Assembly (NCBI GenBank): GCA_963772365.1
Contig: CAVYXA010000001.1
Coordinates: 128,001-192,000, forward strand
DNA: 64,000 bases
Direction of reading: 5' to 3'
Source: an uncultured Verrucomicrobiae bacterium
Lineage (GTDB): Bacteria; Verrucomicrobiota; Verrucomicrobiia; Chthoniobacterales; UBA10450
In this document: positions 19,180 through 30,000 of the stretch, piece after piece
How positions within the stretch are numbered: position 1 is the first letter of the stretch
Layout of the letters: every line of letters begins with the position of its first letter
Program-made: the position numbers and the translations under genes
Notes under the pieces: generated by a model
Databases searched by the model: none
Seen by the model: only the letters and a program-made list of their open reading frames with translations
Told to the model about the DNA's origin: nothing

Positions 19180-19620
19180 ATGAATATCCGGCTTTCACGT
19201 CTGGTGCTGATCAGTGCCATTCTGCTTGGCCCCACAGGTGTCTTTGCTGCCGAAAGCGTTTGGAGCGGTCTGGTGATCGCCCAAAACGTATCGCAGCCGG
19301 CCCCTATTCCTCCGGAGCTCACCCGGGTCGAACACGCCCTCAGGCGCTTGTTTGGTTACAATCAGTTTCAGGTCATTGGTCAATCGACCAAAACGTTGAA
19401 AAGCGGCCAGGAGGAATGGATGGCCAGGAGCAAATATTTTTCACTCCATGTCGATGCTCGAGGCGAGACGGAGTTGGGCTACCTTCTGAACCTGAAACTT
19501 TACAAAGAGAAGCAGCTCCTCCTCGAGACAGACACGAAACTCAGCAAGCGAAGTCCACTGGTGATCAAAGGCCCGCAAGTGGGCAGTGGACAACTGCTGC
19601 TGATACTCGTCGTTAAGTAA
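19180..19620 (+). CDS. Secreted hypothetical protein in the ECF operon
   Basis: Signal peptide; starts 6 nt after the anti-sigma stop. Confidence 0.7.
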   Translation: MNIRLSRLVLISAILLGPTGVFAAESVWSGLVIAQNVSQPAPIPPELTRVEHALRRLFGYNQFQVIGQSTKTLKSGQEEWMARSKYFSLHVDARGETELGYLLNLKLYKEKQLLLETDTKLSKRSPLVIKGPQVGSGQLLLILVVK

Positions 19621-19777
19621 CCAACGTTGCGTCCGAGCCGGACGGCAATCAGAGCAGCACCGTCTACAACGGCAAATCCCCAGGAAGACTGCAAGGCTTC
19701 GAGCGTACGGCTAACAAGCTTTGCCGCACCATGCTTGGGAACGCCTGGGGCCTGGATCGTGCTAATGAGATGCCTGG

Positions 19778-20071
19778 ATGCCAAAGAAGCCACGGCATAG
19801 GGCAATCGCAGATGCTGCCAAAAAAATCGAGATGATCGAGGGACTCCCGCTCGTTATCGAAAGAAAATATCGACGCCTGCTTAGAATGGCCGAGGCGGAA
19901 TGGCAACGCCGATTTGGGGGCAAGGAAGCAAGTGGCGCGTCGCGGAGCTCTCAGGTTGAGCCGGCCAAGGGCGTGATCAAAAGCCACGATTTGCCCAAGC
20001 GTCATTCTCGTCTAAAGCGAGGCTTAGCCCGCAAGGGTAAAAAGCGTGGGCGCCGAATCCGGCCTGATTAG
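19778..20071 (+). CDS. Possible small basic hypothetical protein
   Basis: 97-aa ATG ORF filling an intergenic gap; no recognisable motif. Confidence 0.3.
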   Translation: MPKKPRHRAIADAAKKIEMIEGLPLVIERKYRRLLRMAEAEWQRRFGGKEASGASRSSQVEPAKGVIKSHDLPKRHSRLKRGLARKGKKRGRRIRPD

Positions 20072-20160
20072 CCCGGACAGGTTTTTCCGAGGTCACCGTT
20101 GCGGCGCTATTTGGCGCGGCGACGACATGCAAAATTCGCCGCTTATTGTTTAGTCACTAC

Positions 20161-22803
20161 ATGCGCTGGCGACGTCTCTTTTCTGTTTTACTAATCCCAT
20201 CTACTTTTTCGTCGATCACCATGGCGGAAAAACCATTCGATTTTGAGACGGCACCGGGGAAACTGCCCAAGCAAGTCGTCCCGACAGAATATTCCATCCG
20301 GATCGTTCCGAACATCGACAACCTGACATTCGATGGAACGGAAACCGTAAAGCTGAATGTGCGGGCACCGGTTGATCAATTTGTTTTGAACGCGCTCGAG
20401 CTCGTTGTGACCAACGCCGCCGTTGATGGAAAATCTCTGCCGAAATCGGCAATCAAGATCGATAAGAAGGACGAGCTGCTAAGAATTGCGTTGCCAGAAA
20501 AAATCTCCGCGGGCGAACACTCAGTAGAACTCACGTTTGCCGGCAAAATCAATCAACAGGGTCAGGGACTTTTTTATGCTCGATATCAGGAAGAGGGCAC
20601 CGGTGCCAACAAAGTCATGCTTGGCACGCAATTCGAAGCGACCGATGCCCGCCGAATGTTCCCGTGTTGGGATGAACCGAGTTTTCGCGCACGTTTTCAG
20701 CTTACCGCAGTGGTGCCGCAAAACTGGCTCGCTGTTTCCAACATGCCGGTTGAAAGCGAGCACAAGATTGGTGATCGGAAAGAGGTGCGATTCGCCACCA
20801 CTCCGCCCATGGCCAGCTACTTGAATGTCTTTGTGGCCGGCGAGTTGGATTTTATCGAAACGAAGGCTGCCGGCACGCAGCTCCGGATCATCACGACGAA
20901 AGGCAAATCGGAGTTGGGTCGCTATGCATTGGAAAGCACAGCCAAGATTCTGGATTATTACAACAGTTACTTTGGCGTGCCCTATCCATTGCCGAAGCTC
21001 GATCAGATCGCGTTGCCGGGGGGTTTCGGCGGCGCGATGGAAAACTGGGGTGGTATCACCTATTACGAAGCGGTGTTGTTGTTTGATCCGGAGAAATCAT
21101 CCGAGAACACCAAGCAAAACATCTTCGAAGTGATCGCGCACGAGGTTGCCCACATGTGGTTCGGCGACTTGGTGACCATGGCTTGGTGGGACAACCTCTG
21201 GCTGAATGAGGGATTTGCTTCCTGGATGGGATCAAAATGCTCAGCCCATTTCAATCCGCAATGGGAAGTCTGGCTCCGAAGAAATTTGCCGCGCGATCCG
21301 GCTCGACGTTCCGGCATCGCCAAGGAACAGGCGATGGAAGGTGACGCAAGATCGACAACTCATCCAATCCAGCAACCGATCAAAACCGAAGCCGAAGCCA
21401 ACAGTGCGTTTGACGACATTACTTACAAGAAAGGTCAGTCGTTCCTTCGAATGCTGGAGAGTTTTCTCGGCGAAGATGTCTTTCGAAAAGGAATTCGCGA
21501 ATACATCGCCAATCACAAATTATCCAACACCACGACCTCGGATCTTTGGAATGCACTCTCGGATGCATCCGACAAACCGGTTGGCGAAATTGCGCCGTGT
21601 TGGACCGAACAGGCGGGATTTCCGGTGATTAAAGTGCGCCGGGGAAATGATGGAAACGTCTCTCTGACTCAGGAACGCTTTACTGTGCAGTTCAAAAATG
21701 CTCCGGAGCTAAGATGGCAAATTCCGCTCACCTACTCCGTGGTCGGAGCCGAAGCGGCGAAGAGCATGTTGATGAAAGATAAGATCGACGAGCTCGAGAA
21801 TATTCCCGCCGAACGAGCTTTGAAATTGAATGTCGATGGCGCGGGAAATTATCGTGTCCAATATGACGATGCATCGTGGAATCTGTTGCTGGCAGCGCTT
21901 GGAAAGCTCGATGTGCAGGACCGGGTCAATCTTTTATCGGACGCATGGGCATTTGTTCAGGCAAATCGCGCGCCTCTCTCGCTCTACTTCGGATTGATCG
22001 AAAAAATATCGCCGTCGACGGAGTTAGCCGAACGCGAACAGATCATTCAGGCATTCGATTTTATTAACCGCCTGCTGATCGGATCGCCCGAACGCGAGAA
22101 ATTCCAACGTTACGCTCGATCGATTTTGCACCCGACCTTCGACACGTTAGGGTGGGAGCCGAAACCGGGCGAACAGGTCAAAGCTGCAACGCTGCGCGCG
22201 AGTTTGATCGCTGCGCTGGGGTTTCTTGGAGACCCCGATGTCGTCGCGCGTTGCCTTGATCGGTTCCAAAAATATTTGAAAGATCCGGCCTTACTCGCGC
22301 CTGACCTTCGTCCTCCAGTTTTCGCCGTCGTAGGACGTTATGGCGATGAAGCGACGTGGAACAAACTCCACGAGCTTGGATTGAAGACAACAAGCATCGA
22401 AGAAAAACAAAACTACTACAACGCGCTCGCCAGCACGACCGACCCAAAGCTGATCAAACAAACCCTCCCGATTTCCCTCACCGATGAATTGCCTACCAGC
22501 CGTGCAGCCTTCCTTGTCACCCGGCTGGCTCGTGACAGCGAGCATCCCGATCTCGCGTGGCAATTTGCCAAAGAACACATGAAAGCATTGCTGGCCAAGT
22601 CCGACGCGCTCGCCGCGAACACTTATGCGCCGGGCCTCTTTACATTTTTCTCCGATCGAGCGCGCGCCGCCGAACTCCAAAGTTACGCAAAATCTAATCT
22701 GCCGCCGGCTAGCGAAAAGGAAGTTGCCAAAGCTGTCGATGAAATCGCGTTTCGCGCTGAATTTCGCGATCGGCTTCGCAAACAAATCGCTGCTGCGAAT
22801 TAA
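20161..22803 (+). CDS. M1 family aminopeptidase with ERAP1-like C-terminus
   Basis: 'GAMEN' and 'HEVAH-x18-E' motifs; start uncertain (20161 or 20221). Confidence 0.95.
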   Translation: MRWRRLFSVLLIPSTFSSITMAEKPFDFETAPGKLPKQVVPTEYSIRIVPNIDNLTFDGTETVKLNVRAPVDQFVLNALELVVTNAAVDGKSLPKSAIKIDKKDELLRIALPEKISAGEHSVELTFAGKINQQGQGLFYARYQEEGTGANKVMLGTQFEATDARRMFPCWDEPSFRARFQLTAVVPQNWLAVSNMPVESEHKIGDRKEVRFATTPPMASYLNVFVAGELDFIETKAAGTQLRIITTKGKSELGRYALESTAKILDYYNSYFGVPYPLPKLDQIALPGGFGGAMENWGGITYYEAVLLFDPEKSSENTKQNIFEVIAHEVAHMWFGDLVTMAWWDNLWLNEGFASWMGSKCSAHFNPQWEVWLRRNLPRDPARRSGIAKEQAMEGDARSTTHPIQQPIKTEAEANSAFDDITYKKGQSFLRMLESFLGEDVFRKGIREYIANHKLSNTTTSDLWNALSDASDKPVGEIAPCWTEQAGFPVIKVRRGNDGNVSLTQERFTVQFKNAPELRWQIPLTYSVVGAEAAKSMLMKDKIDELENIPAERALKLNVDGAGNYRVQYDDASWNLLLAALGKLDVQDRVNLLSDAWAFVQANRAPLSLYFGLIEKISPSTELAEREQIIQAFDFINRLLIGSPEREKFQRYARSILHPTFDTLGWEPKPGEQVKAATLRASLIAALGFLGDPDVVARCLDRFQKYLKDPALLAPDLRPPVFAVVGRYGDEATWNKLHELGLKTTSIEEKQNYYNALASTTDPKLIKQTLPISLTDELPTSRAAFLVTRLARDSEHPDLAWQFAKEHMKALLAKSDALAANTYAPGLFTFFSDRARAAELQSYAKSNLPPASEKEVAKAVDEIAFRAEFRDRLRKQIAAAN

Positions 22804-22814
22804 AAGTAATCGAA

Positions 22815-23294
22815 CTATAAAGTTGGCTCGCTTGGAGGAGTGACCCAAAGCCGCATGGGAATCATCGAGGATTCCACAAACCCGTGTCGGCGGAAAAATT
22901 CCTGGGCCACATTTTCTGGGCGATCGGTCAGCAGCGTGATTCGCAGGAAATTTTTCTGCTTCGCGAATTCGATGGCGTAATCCAGCAGCTTGGAACCGAA
23001 CGCCTTGCCGCGATGCTTTTTGTGAATCACCAGGTCTTCCAGCAAGATTACAAATCCGCCCTCGGCCGTGCTGATGGTGAAAAGCAAATTGATCATGCCA
23101 ACGATCGCGCCGTCGCAACGCAGCACGAAAACGCGGCCGCGATTTGGTTGTTCGAAAATCAGGCGCAGCCCGCGCAATTGTTTGTCCTTATCCGGCCGGA
23201 AATCGCTCTCCTGAGCAAATAGTTCGCCAAGCAACTCGGACAGCTCATCGAGGTCCGCTTCGGTTGCGGGCTCGATCACGACCTTTTCGCTCAT
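22815..23294 (-). CDS. GNAT N-acetyltransferase
   Basis: 'LEDLVI..HRGKAFGSKLL', 'N.AQEFFRRHGF'. Confidence 0.9.
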   Translation of the reverse strand: MSEKVVIEPATEADLDELSELLGELFAQESDFRPDKDKQLRGLRLIFEQPNRGRVFVLRCDGAIVGMINLLFTISTAEGGFVILLEDLVIHKKHRGKAFGSKLLDYAIEFAKQKNFLRITLLTDRPENVAQEFFRRHGFVESSMIPMRLWVTPPSEPTL

Positions 23295-23423
23295 TGTCGC
23301 ACCGATTATCTTCGAAACGGCTTCTCTGGCAATGACGGAATCTGCGGCCTGGCAGCATTGACAATAGTTTGCTCGTCCCTACTGTAACCGGCTCCGCTTC
23401 GGAGCGAACTATTTCGCAGTCTC

Positions 23424-23597
23424 ATGAAACGCACTTATCAGCCATCGAAACGCACTCGCAAACAGCAGCACGGTTTCCGCGCACGAATGAAGACAAAGGG
23501 CGGCCGGGCTACGCTGGCCCGACGGCGGCAACGCGGTCGCAAACGATTGCTGCCCAAAGGTGTGGAGAGACATTTCGCGCGTCACACCCAAGCCTGA
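23424..23597 (+). CDS. rpmH: 50S ribosomal protein L34 (57 aa, absent from the ORF track)
   Basis: Hand translation [57 protein letters not shown]. Confidence 0.95.
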   Translation: MKRTYQPSKRTRKQQHGFRARMKTKGGRATLARRRQRGRKRLLPKGVERHFARHTQA

Positions 23598-24187
23598 TCG
23601 GAGCGACTTACACCGTTCGCTCCCGATAGAAGATCCGGTGGCTCATTCAGATTTCGGAAAAATTCCTCCTGATCTTTCTGCACAGGAACTTTCCGCAGCT
23701 TGCCTGAGCCGATGAGAATTTTCGTTACCGATTGCAAAGAAAAATCGTTTCCCGAAAGCGCTTCCACAAGATCGACAAGAGCTTTGGCCGGATAAATTGC
23801 CGCCAGCGGCTCGGCGCGCCCGTCGATCATTGGCAACACCCCGCGACCTGGTTCGATCCGATCGCAAAGTGATCGGAGATAATTCTCGCGCATGAATGGC
23901 ATATCCACCGCAAGAACGAGAAGATGTGTCGCCTGGATTCGCGCCAGCAAAGATGCAATCCCGCTCAAAGGCCCTCGCGATGGAGGATCATCCGCCACAA
24001 ATCGAACATCAGTAGAGCGCCAGACGGGATCAGTCCGCCCGGAAAGAAACAGCTCAGCCGGCTGAAGTTTTCGCAGTAGATTCAATTGGATTTCCCAGAG
24101 CGGTTTCCCACGAATAAGAATGGTCGCCTTGTCTCGGCCCATCCGGCGGGATTCGCCACCGACCAACAGTGCCGCGCTAGTTTTCAT
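23582..24187 (-). CDS. mobA: Molybdenum cofactor guanylyltransferase
   Basis: '[15 protein letters not shown]', 'GPLSGI', 'AVDMPF', 'FRNLNEP'. Confidence 0.9.
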   Translation of the reverse strand: MKTSAALLVGGESRRMGRDKATILIRGKPLWEIQLNLLRKLQPAELFLSGRTDPVWRSTDVRFVADDPPSRGPLSGIASLLARIQATHLLVLAVDMPFMRENYLRSLCDRIEPGRGVLPMIDGRAEPLAAIYPAKALVDLVEALSGNDFSLQSVTKILIGSGKLRKVPVQKDQEEFFRNLNEPPDLLSGANGVSRSDQAWV

Positions 24188-24234
24188 CCATCGAGGCTTG
24201 GAATTCAATGCGATGATAGCATCCTATTCTCTCA

Positions 24235-25041
24235 GTGAAAACGGACGGCATCGACTCCGAACAAATCATCCGGCGCAAACCGGATGGCTCACTCGAATAC
24301 CTTCGCGATGATCTAACTGTCGAAGAACCACTCGAAATTCGCGTCGCCGGCAAAACAATCGCCACAACGATGCGAACGCCCGGCCACGATGAAGAGTTGG
24401 CGGCCGGCTTTCTCCTTTCCGAGGCGATTGTTCGATGCTGCGATGACGTGGCGAAAATTTCCGAGCCGAACACCAACGCCGTCGACGTGGAGCTTATCAC
24501 CGGTCTGAAGCGAAAGCTTGGTTCGGTGCAACGATTTGGAGCGATCTCCAGCAGTTGCGGACTTTGCGGAAAAACGAGTATCGACGCGATCCGCCAGAAT
24601 TTTTCTGCGATAAAATCAGATCTCAGGATCGAAATCGACACGTTACTATCGCTTCCGAAAAAACTTCGCGAGCAACAGGGGGAGTTCGCGCGCACGGGCG
24701 GAATTCATGCCGCGGGAATTTTCGAGGCCGAAGGAAAACTCTTTATCGTGCGCGAAGACATCGGCCGTCACAACGCTGTGGATAAAGCTATCGGCCGCGC
24801 TTTTCTGGATCGACTGCTTCCCTTGGATCGACATCTACTTCTCGTTAGCGGCCGACTATCCTTCGAGATCGTGCAAAAAGCGCTGGCCGCGGGAATCCCG
24901 ATCATCGCGGCCGTCTCAGCGCCTTCATCGCTGGCAGTCACTTTCGCCCGCAAAAGCAATCAAACACTCATTGCGTTTCTTCGTCCACCCTCTTTCAACA
25001 TTTACTCGCATGTCGAGAGGGTAATCATGGAGCCGATCTAG
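24235..25041 (+). CDS. fdhD: Formate dehydrogenase accessory sulfurtransferase
   Basis: 'EEPLEI', 'TMRTPG', 'SSCGLCG', 'TGGIHAA', 'EDIGRHNAVDK'. Confidence 0.95.
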   Translation: MKTDGIDSEQIIRRKPDGSLEYLRDDLTVEEPLEIRVAGKTIATTMRTPGHDEELAAGFLLSEAIVRCCDDVAKISEPNTNAVDVELITGLKRKLGSVQRFGAISSSCGLCGKTSIDAIRQNFSAIKSDLRIEIDTLLSLPKKLREQQGEFARTGGIHAAGIFEAEGKLFIVREDIGRHNAVDKAIGRAFLDRLLPLDRHLLLVSGRLSFEIVQKALAAGIPIIAAVSAPSSLAVTFARKSNQTLIAFLRPPSFNIYSHVERVIMEPI

Positions 25042-26006
25042 CGCTGCGACGCGAATACCGCTTCAGGATCGCACCCGGAAACCCTGCCAGCCGAAATCCA
25101 GCCGAACCGGCTGACGAGCGCGCCTAACAAGAACGATATGGCGGCAAAAGGAATCAAACCAAATCCGCGCAGCACCAAGGCAAAGGGCCCGCTTAGGATT
25201 TCTCCGGCGCGGATGAGGCAGCCCGACTTCAATTCATGTAAAGCGCGGTCGGCAGCGCCATGTCTATCGAATTCAAGCCAGATCCAAAGCAGCGTCTCCG
25301 TTCCGGCGACGAAAAAGCCAAGAGCATTCAAAGGTGCCATCGGTTGGCCGATCAATTCGAGCAGCGCCGCAGCCGACCCCAACCCTGCAATCCCAAAATG
25401 AATTGGAAGAAATACGCGATGCAAAAACCAGGCCGGAATCGCAGTCGCACCAATCAAGACGCCGGTGTATGTGGCAAGCAACATTCCCCAGAAAGCCGAA
25501 CCGATGATGAATAGAATTGCCAGGACATGGATCGCACCAGCAAGCGCACCCATGAAAAGATGAGCGCTTTCCAGCTCCAGTAAAATGAGTCCCGGCACCG
25601 CGCAGCTCCCGAAAAACGTGAGAATCCACGCGCCAACGGACATGGGCGATTGGTATTTGAAAACGCGGAGCATGTTGATGAAGAGGCGCGGCCGACCAAG
25701 ATCCATGGTCAGCAGAATCGGTGAAAGAATCGCCGCGATGGCGGCAATCCACGCTGCGTTTCGGACAACATCGACATCGTGAAAAATCAGGGCGATCAAA
25801 GCGATCACTGCAGCCATCCCGCCAAGTCCACCGACGAAAAAGTAAACCGGAATTTCCCAAGTCCAGACCGGTGGTTTAACGACAGGTTGGCCATAATAAC
25901 CCGGCTTTTGTGGAATCGGGCCGCCCGCAACATCCACGCCGGAACCTCTGACCACGCCCTTCGCACGTGCTTCCTCGCGTAGTCGATCCAGTCTCTGTTC
26001 GCTCAT
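25038..26006 (-). CDS. NrfD/PsrC-type membrane anchor
   Basis: 'KPPVWTWEIPVYFF.GG', 'DLGRP', 'SPMSVGAW', 'YTGVL'; ATGA-coupled to the beta subunit. Confidence 0.9.
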   Translation of the reverse strand: MSEQRLDRLREEARAKGVVRGSGVDVAGGPIPQKPGYYGQPVVKPPVWTWEIPVYFFVGGLGGMAAVIALIALIFHDVDVVRNAAWIAAIAAILSPILLTMDLGRPRLFINMLRVFKYQSPMSVGAWILTFFGSCAVPGLILLELESAHLFMGALAGAIHVLAILFIIGSAFWGMLLATYTGVLIGATAIPAWFLHRVFLPIHFGIAGLGSAAALLELIGQPMAPLNALGFFVAGTETLLWIWLEFDRHGAADRALHELKSGCLIRAGEILSGPFALVLRGFGLIPFAAISFLLGALVSRFGWISAGRVSGCDPEAVFASQR

Positions 26007-26881
26007 GAAAAATAAAATGCGCAAACCGTAGCGATGAACGCGCCTATTGCGGTTACGATGGCCGACCACCACGACGACTTCAGGTAAATCGTCGGCACTT
26101 CGGGTTTTGGCGGAAGCCCATAGGCTTCCGGGACGCCGAGGATCAAAAAGAAAGCGTGTAAACCATGAACAGAAGTTTCTTGCGGATCGTAGATGTGCGC
26201 GTCGTCATATCCGTTCTCTTTCAATTGCTGCACTCGATGTGTGGCGTGCGCGCGAAGATCGTCGAGCCGGCCGAACAGAATCGATTCGGTAGGGCAAACT
26301 TTGGCACACGCCGGGACCAGGCCGCTCTTTTGTCGATCGTAACAGAACGTGCACTTGAATGCGCCGCCGTGGTTGAGCAACGGTTCTGACCTACCCGCTG
26401 TAGTTTTGGGGCGGCGATCGATCACGCCGAAAGGGCAATTGACCACGCAATAACCGCAGCCATTGCAGACGTCATCCTGCACGAGAACCGAGCCAACCTC
26501 CGTACGAATAATCGAGCCGGTTGGGCACGCCTCGAGACAGCCGGCTTCTTCGCAATGTTTGCAGACATCAGAGAGAAAGATCCAGCGAAATGGATCTTCG
26601 TCGTTGCCTAACGATCCAACGATCTGATTTCCTTTTTGTTGATCCTGCTCGAGGAACAAAACATGTCGCCATGTCGAGGCTCCAAGCCTACCGGTATTAT
26701 CGTAGGAATTTCCGGACCAGGTGAACCCGTCGTCCGGCACTTCATTCCATTCTTTACACGCCACTTCGCAAGCTTTGCATCCGATGCAAACCGTCGGATC
26801 GGTGAAGAAGCCCACCGTTGCGCCATCATCGACAAACGAATGCCGGCGCTGATTGCTGCTCTGAACGCCTTCGCCGATCAT
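26003..26881 (-). CDS. Formate dehydrogenase iron-sulfur (beta) subunit, FdnH/FdoH-like
   Basis: Four Cys clusters: CIGCKAC, CKHCEEAGC, CNGCGYC, CTFC..CAKVCP. Confidence 0.92.
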   Translation of the reverse strand: MIGEGVQSSNQRRHSFVDDGATVGFFTDPTVCIGCKACEVACKEWNEVPDDGFTWSGNSYDNTGRLGASTWRHVLFLEQDQQKGNQIVGSLGNDEDPFRWIFLSDVCKHCEEAGCLEACPTGSIIRTEVGSVLVQDDVCNGCGYCVVNCPFGVIDRRPKTTAGRSEPLLNHGGAFKCTFCYDRQKSGLVPACAKVCPTESILFGRLDDLRAHATHRVQQLKENGYDDAHIYDPQETSVHGLHAFFLILGVPEAYGLPPKPEVPTIYLKSSWWSAIVTAIGAFIATVCAFYFS

Positions 26882-26896
26882 GAGGAAGAAGGAATG

Positions 26897-27026
26897 AGGA
26901 AAGCAGGAAAGCAGGAAAAAGAAGCCGATGACTCTAATCGCGAGACCGGCTCGCTCGGTTCCGAGGACGATGCCTGCAAAGCAGTGAGAAAATTCCTCTC
27001 TCCGTTTCCTGCTTTCCTGCTTTCCT
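26897..27026. repeat. Perfect 22-bp inverted repeat built from GCAGGAAA units
   Basis: AGGAAAGCAGGAAAGCAGGAAA (26897-26918) and TTTCCTGCTTTCCTGCTTTCCT (27005-27026). Confidence 0.85.
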
Positions 27027-27040
27027 GCTTCATCAATCTC

Positions 27041-30000
27041 CTAACCTGACTTTCCATGTTGCCCTTGGCCGGCGGTGAGTTTGCCTCCTTCGGGCGCTCC
27101 GGGCGGCGGTTGTTCGGGATGCAAATTCGGCGGCCCGCCCTGTGGTACTTGTTTCGCGAACCACGGATCGAAATCCGGTCCCCGCGGCAATTTTCCGGGG
27201 ATCAAGTTGCAGAGAAGCGCCTTGGTTTCCATGATCGTTACATTCGGTTCGCCCGAAATGGCCATGAGATCGTTCGCTGCATCGCCTTTGACGGGACCGG
27301 CGGTGCCGAAGTGAAACGGGATCGTTTGCCGTTCAATTGTAGCGGTCGCAAACGGCGGGTAACTAACGCCTTTACCTCAATTGCGCCGCGCATCGTGACG
27401 AGGCAAACGTCGTCGCCATTATTGACGCCTAACGACCGAGCGAGTTCGGGAGATATTTCGCCGAACATCGCCGGTTGCAGTTCGGCCAGGTGCGGGAGGA
27501 ACCGGCTCATACCGCCACCAGTGTGATGCTCGGTCAATCGATAGGTTGTCAGGATGTAGGGAAACTTTGCGTCAGCCGGCGGCGCGACGCGGTTCTCTTC
27601 CCGGGTGAACCAAAGCAACGCCGGATTTGTATTCCGGTCGTAAAGTGCGTTCTGGACTGGCGATTCGATCGGTTCGTAATGGGTCGGCATCGGACCGTCC
27701 TGCAAACCTTTCGGGACATAAAGCCAGCCAAGGCCGTCTTCATGAATGATGAACGGCGCATCGCCTGGTAGCGCATCGAGTCCTCGATCATTCCGGCCAC
27801 CCTGATAATCGGGCGGCTTTTCCGGTTTGAAATCGGGGACATCACTTCCCGTCCATTTCGATTTCTCTGGATCCCACCAGACCAGTTTCTTGCGTTCGCT
27901 CCATGGTTTTCCATCAGGCGCCGCGCTGGCGCGGTTGTAAATGATCCGGCGATCGCTCGGCCAGGCAAAGCCCCAACCGTGGCCGAGGTAATCGTTAGCC
28001 TCACGCCGGAGTGGTTTGTTTACTCCATCGCTTCCGTAGCAACCGCAATAAATCCAGCAGCCGCACGCGGTCGAGCCATCGTCTTTTAGCTCCTGATATT
28101 TATCGAGCTGCGGGCCATGGTGAGGACGACGTTGTCGATCTTCGCCGAATACGATGCTGCCGCCGTCAGCGCCCGCGGGTACAACATCTGTTTTCCAACC
28201 GTTTATCTCCGCGAGAACGGCTTCCATTTCCGGCTCGCCTTCTTTCGTTTCTGGATACCACCAATCGAGCGCGCAAAGCGGTTCGTCGTCAGGATCATTC
28301 GAGGCCTCGGCTTTTTTCTTCAGACGCAGCGCGAGCTGATGAATAAACCAGCTTTCACTTCGAGAATCGCCCGGAGGATCGACAGCTTTTTCGCGCCATT
28401 GCAAAAGTCGCTGCGTGTTAGTAAACGCGCCTTCCTTTTCTGCGTGTCCGGCGGCGGGAAAAAAGAAAACCTCCGTCTCGATTTCTTCCGTTTTGAGTTC
28501 GCCACGCTCGATCTCGGGAGAGTTCAGCCAGAACGTCGCCGGCTCGATCTCGACCATATCGCGCACGACGAACCACTTTAGTTTAGCCAGCGCTTTGCGT
28601 TGCAGGCGCGAGTTCGGGGCACCGACCGCCGGATTCTGTCCCATCAAAAACATCCCTTCGACTTTTCCGTCCAGCGTTTCGTAAAGGAAATTGAAAAATG
28701 AATGATCGCCCGTGAGCTTCGGGATCCACTGGTAGCCGTAGCCGTTTTCCTTTGTCGATCTCGCGCCGTAATAAGCTTTGAGCAGACTAACGAAATACTT
28801 CGGAAAATCGTGCCAAAGCCCGGTCGGATTCGTGTGTGTCTTGAAATAATCTTCGAGCGTGTCTTCGCCTTTCCCGGCGCGCGGCATGGCGATGTAACCG
28901 GGAAGGATATCATAGAGCGTCGGAATATCGGTCGATCCCTGGATGGAAGCGTGGCCGCGCAACGCGAGAATACCGCCACCCGGCCGGCCGATATTCCCCA
29001 ACAAGAGTTGAAGAACCGAAGCCGTGCGGATGATCTGAACCCCTTTCGAGTGCTGTGTCCAGCCGACAGCGTAGCAGATCGCCGCCGTCTTGTCCGGCCC
29101 GGATGCTTTCACCAGCGCATCGGCGACTTTTTGGAACAGGCGCGGCGGAATTCCACAAATTTTTTCCACCATTTCGGGCGTGTAGCGCGCGTAATGACGT
29201 TTCAGTTTCTGAAAAACACACCGCGGATCCTGTAGGGTGAGGTCGCGATGCGGAAAACTCAAACCTTCGCCTTCGTAGAGCCAGCTCTTGGTTTCGTAGG
29301 CGCGCTTGTCCGGGTTCCATCCGGAGAAAAAGCCATCGCGATTATCTTCGGTGTCACGGAACTCCTCGCGCAGAATGCAGGAAGCGTTTGTGTAATGCGC
29401 GACGTATTCCCGAAAGAACAGCTCGTTGTTGATAATGTATCGGATGATGGCGCCGAGGAAAACGATGTCAGTCCCGGCTCGCAACGGCACCCAAATATCG
29501 GCCAGCGCGCTCGTACGCGAGAATCGAGGATCGACATGAATGATCGTCGCGCCGTTTTCCTTCGCCTTCATGACCCAGCGAAAACCAACCGGATGCGCCT
29601 CGGCCATGGACGATCCTTCGATCAAAATGCAATCGGCATTGGCGAGATCTTGTTGCGCAGTCGTAGCTCCGCCCCGGCCGAAGGAGGTGCCCAGACCGGG
29701 CACCGTGCTGCTGTGTCATATCCGGGCCTGGTTGGAAACGCACACCATTCCCAGGCCTCCTGTAAATAATTTTTTAATGAGATAATTTTCTTCGTTGTCG
29801 AGAGTCGCGCCGCCGAGATGCGTGATTCCCGGCGTTTGATTCACAATTGAGCCTTTCGCTTCCTTAATAAATGTCCGTTTGCGCGATTCCCAGACCCGAT
29901 CGGCCACCATGTCCATCGCTCGCTCGAGCGAAATCTCTCTCCACTCCGACTCGCGTGGCGCGCGATATTTTACTTTTGTCTCGCGACGTGAATGCGTGAG

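Noticed and set aside
22291..23118. 275-aa minus-strand ORF and many other 60-240 aa alternative-frame ORFs
   Set aside because: Shadow ORFs overlapping well-supported genes, with no motifs; expected in GC-rich DNA
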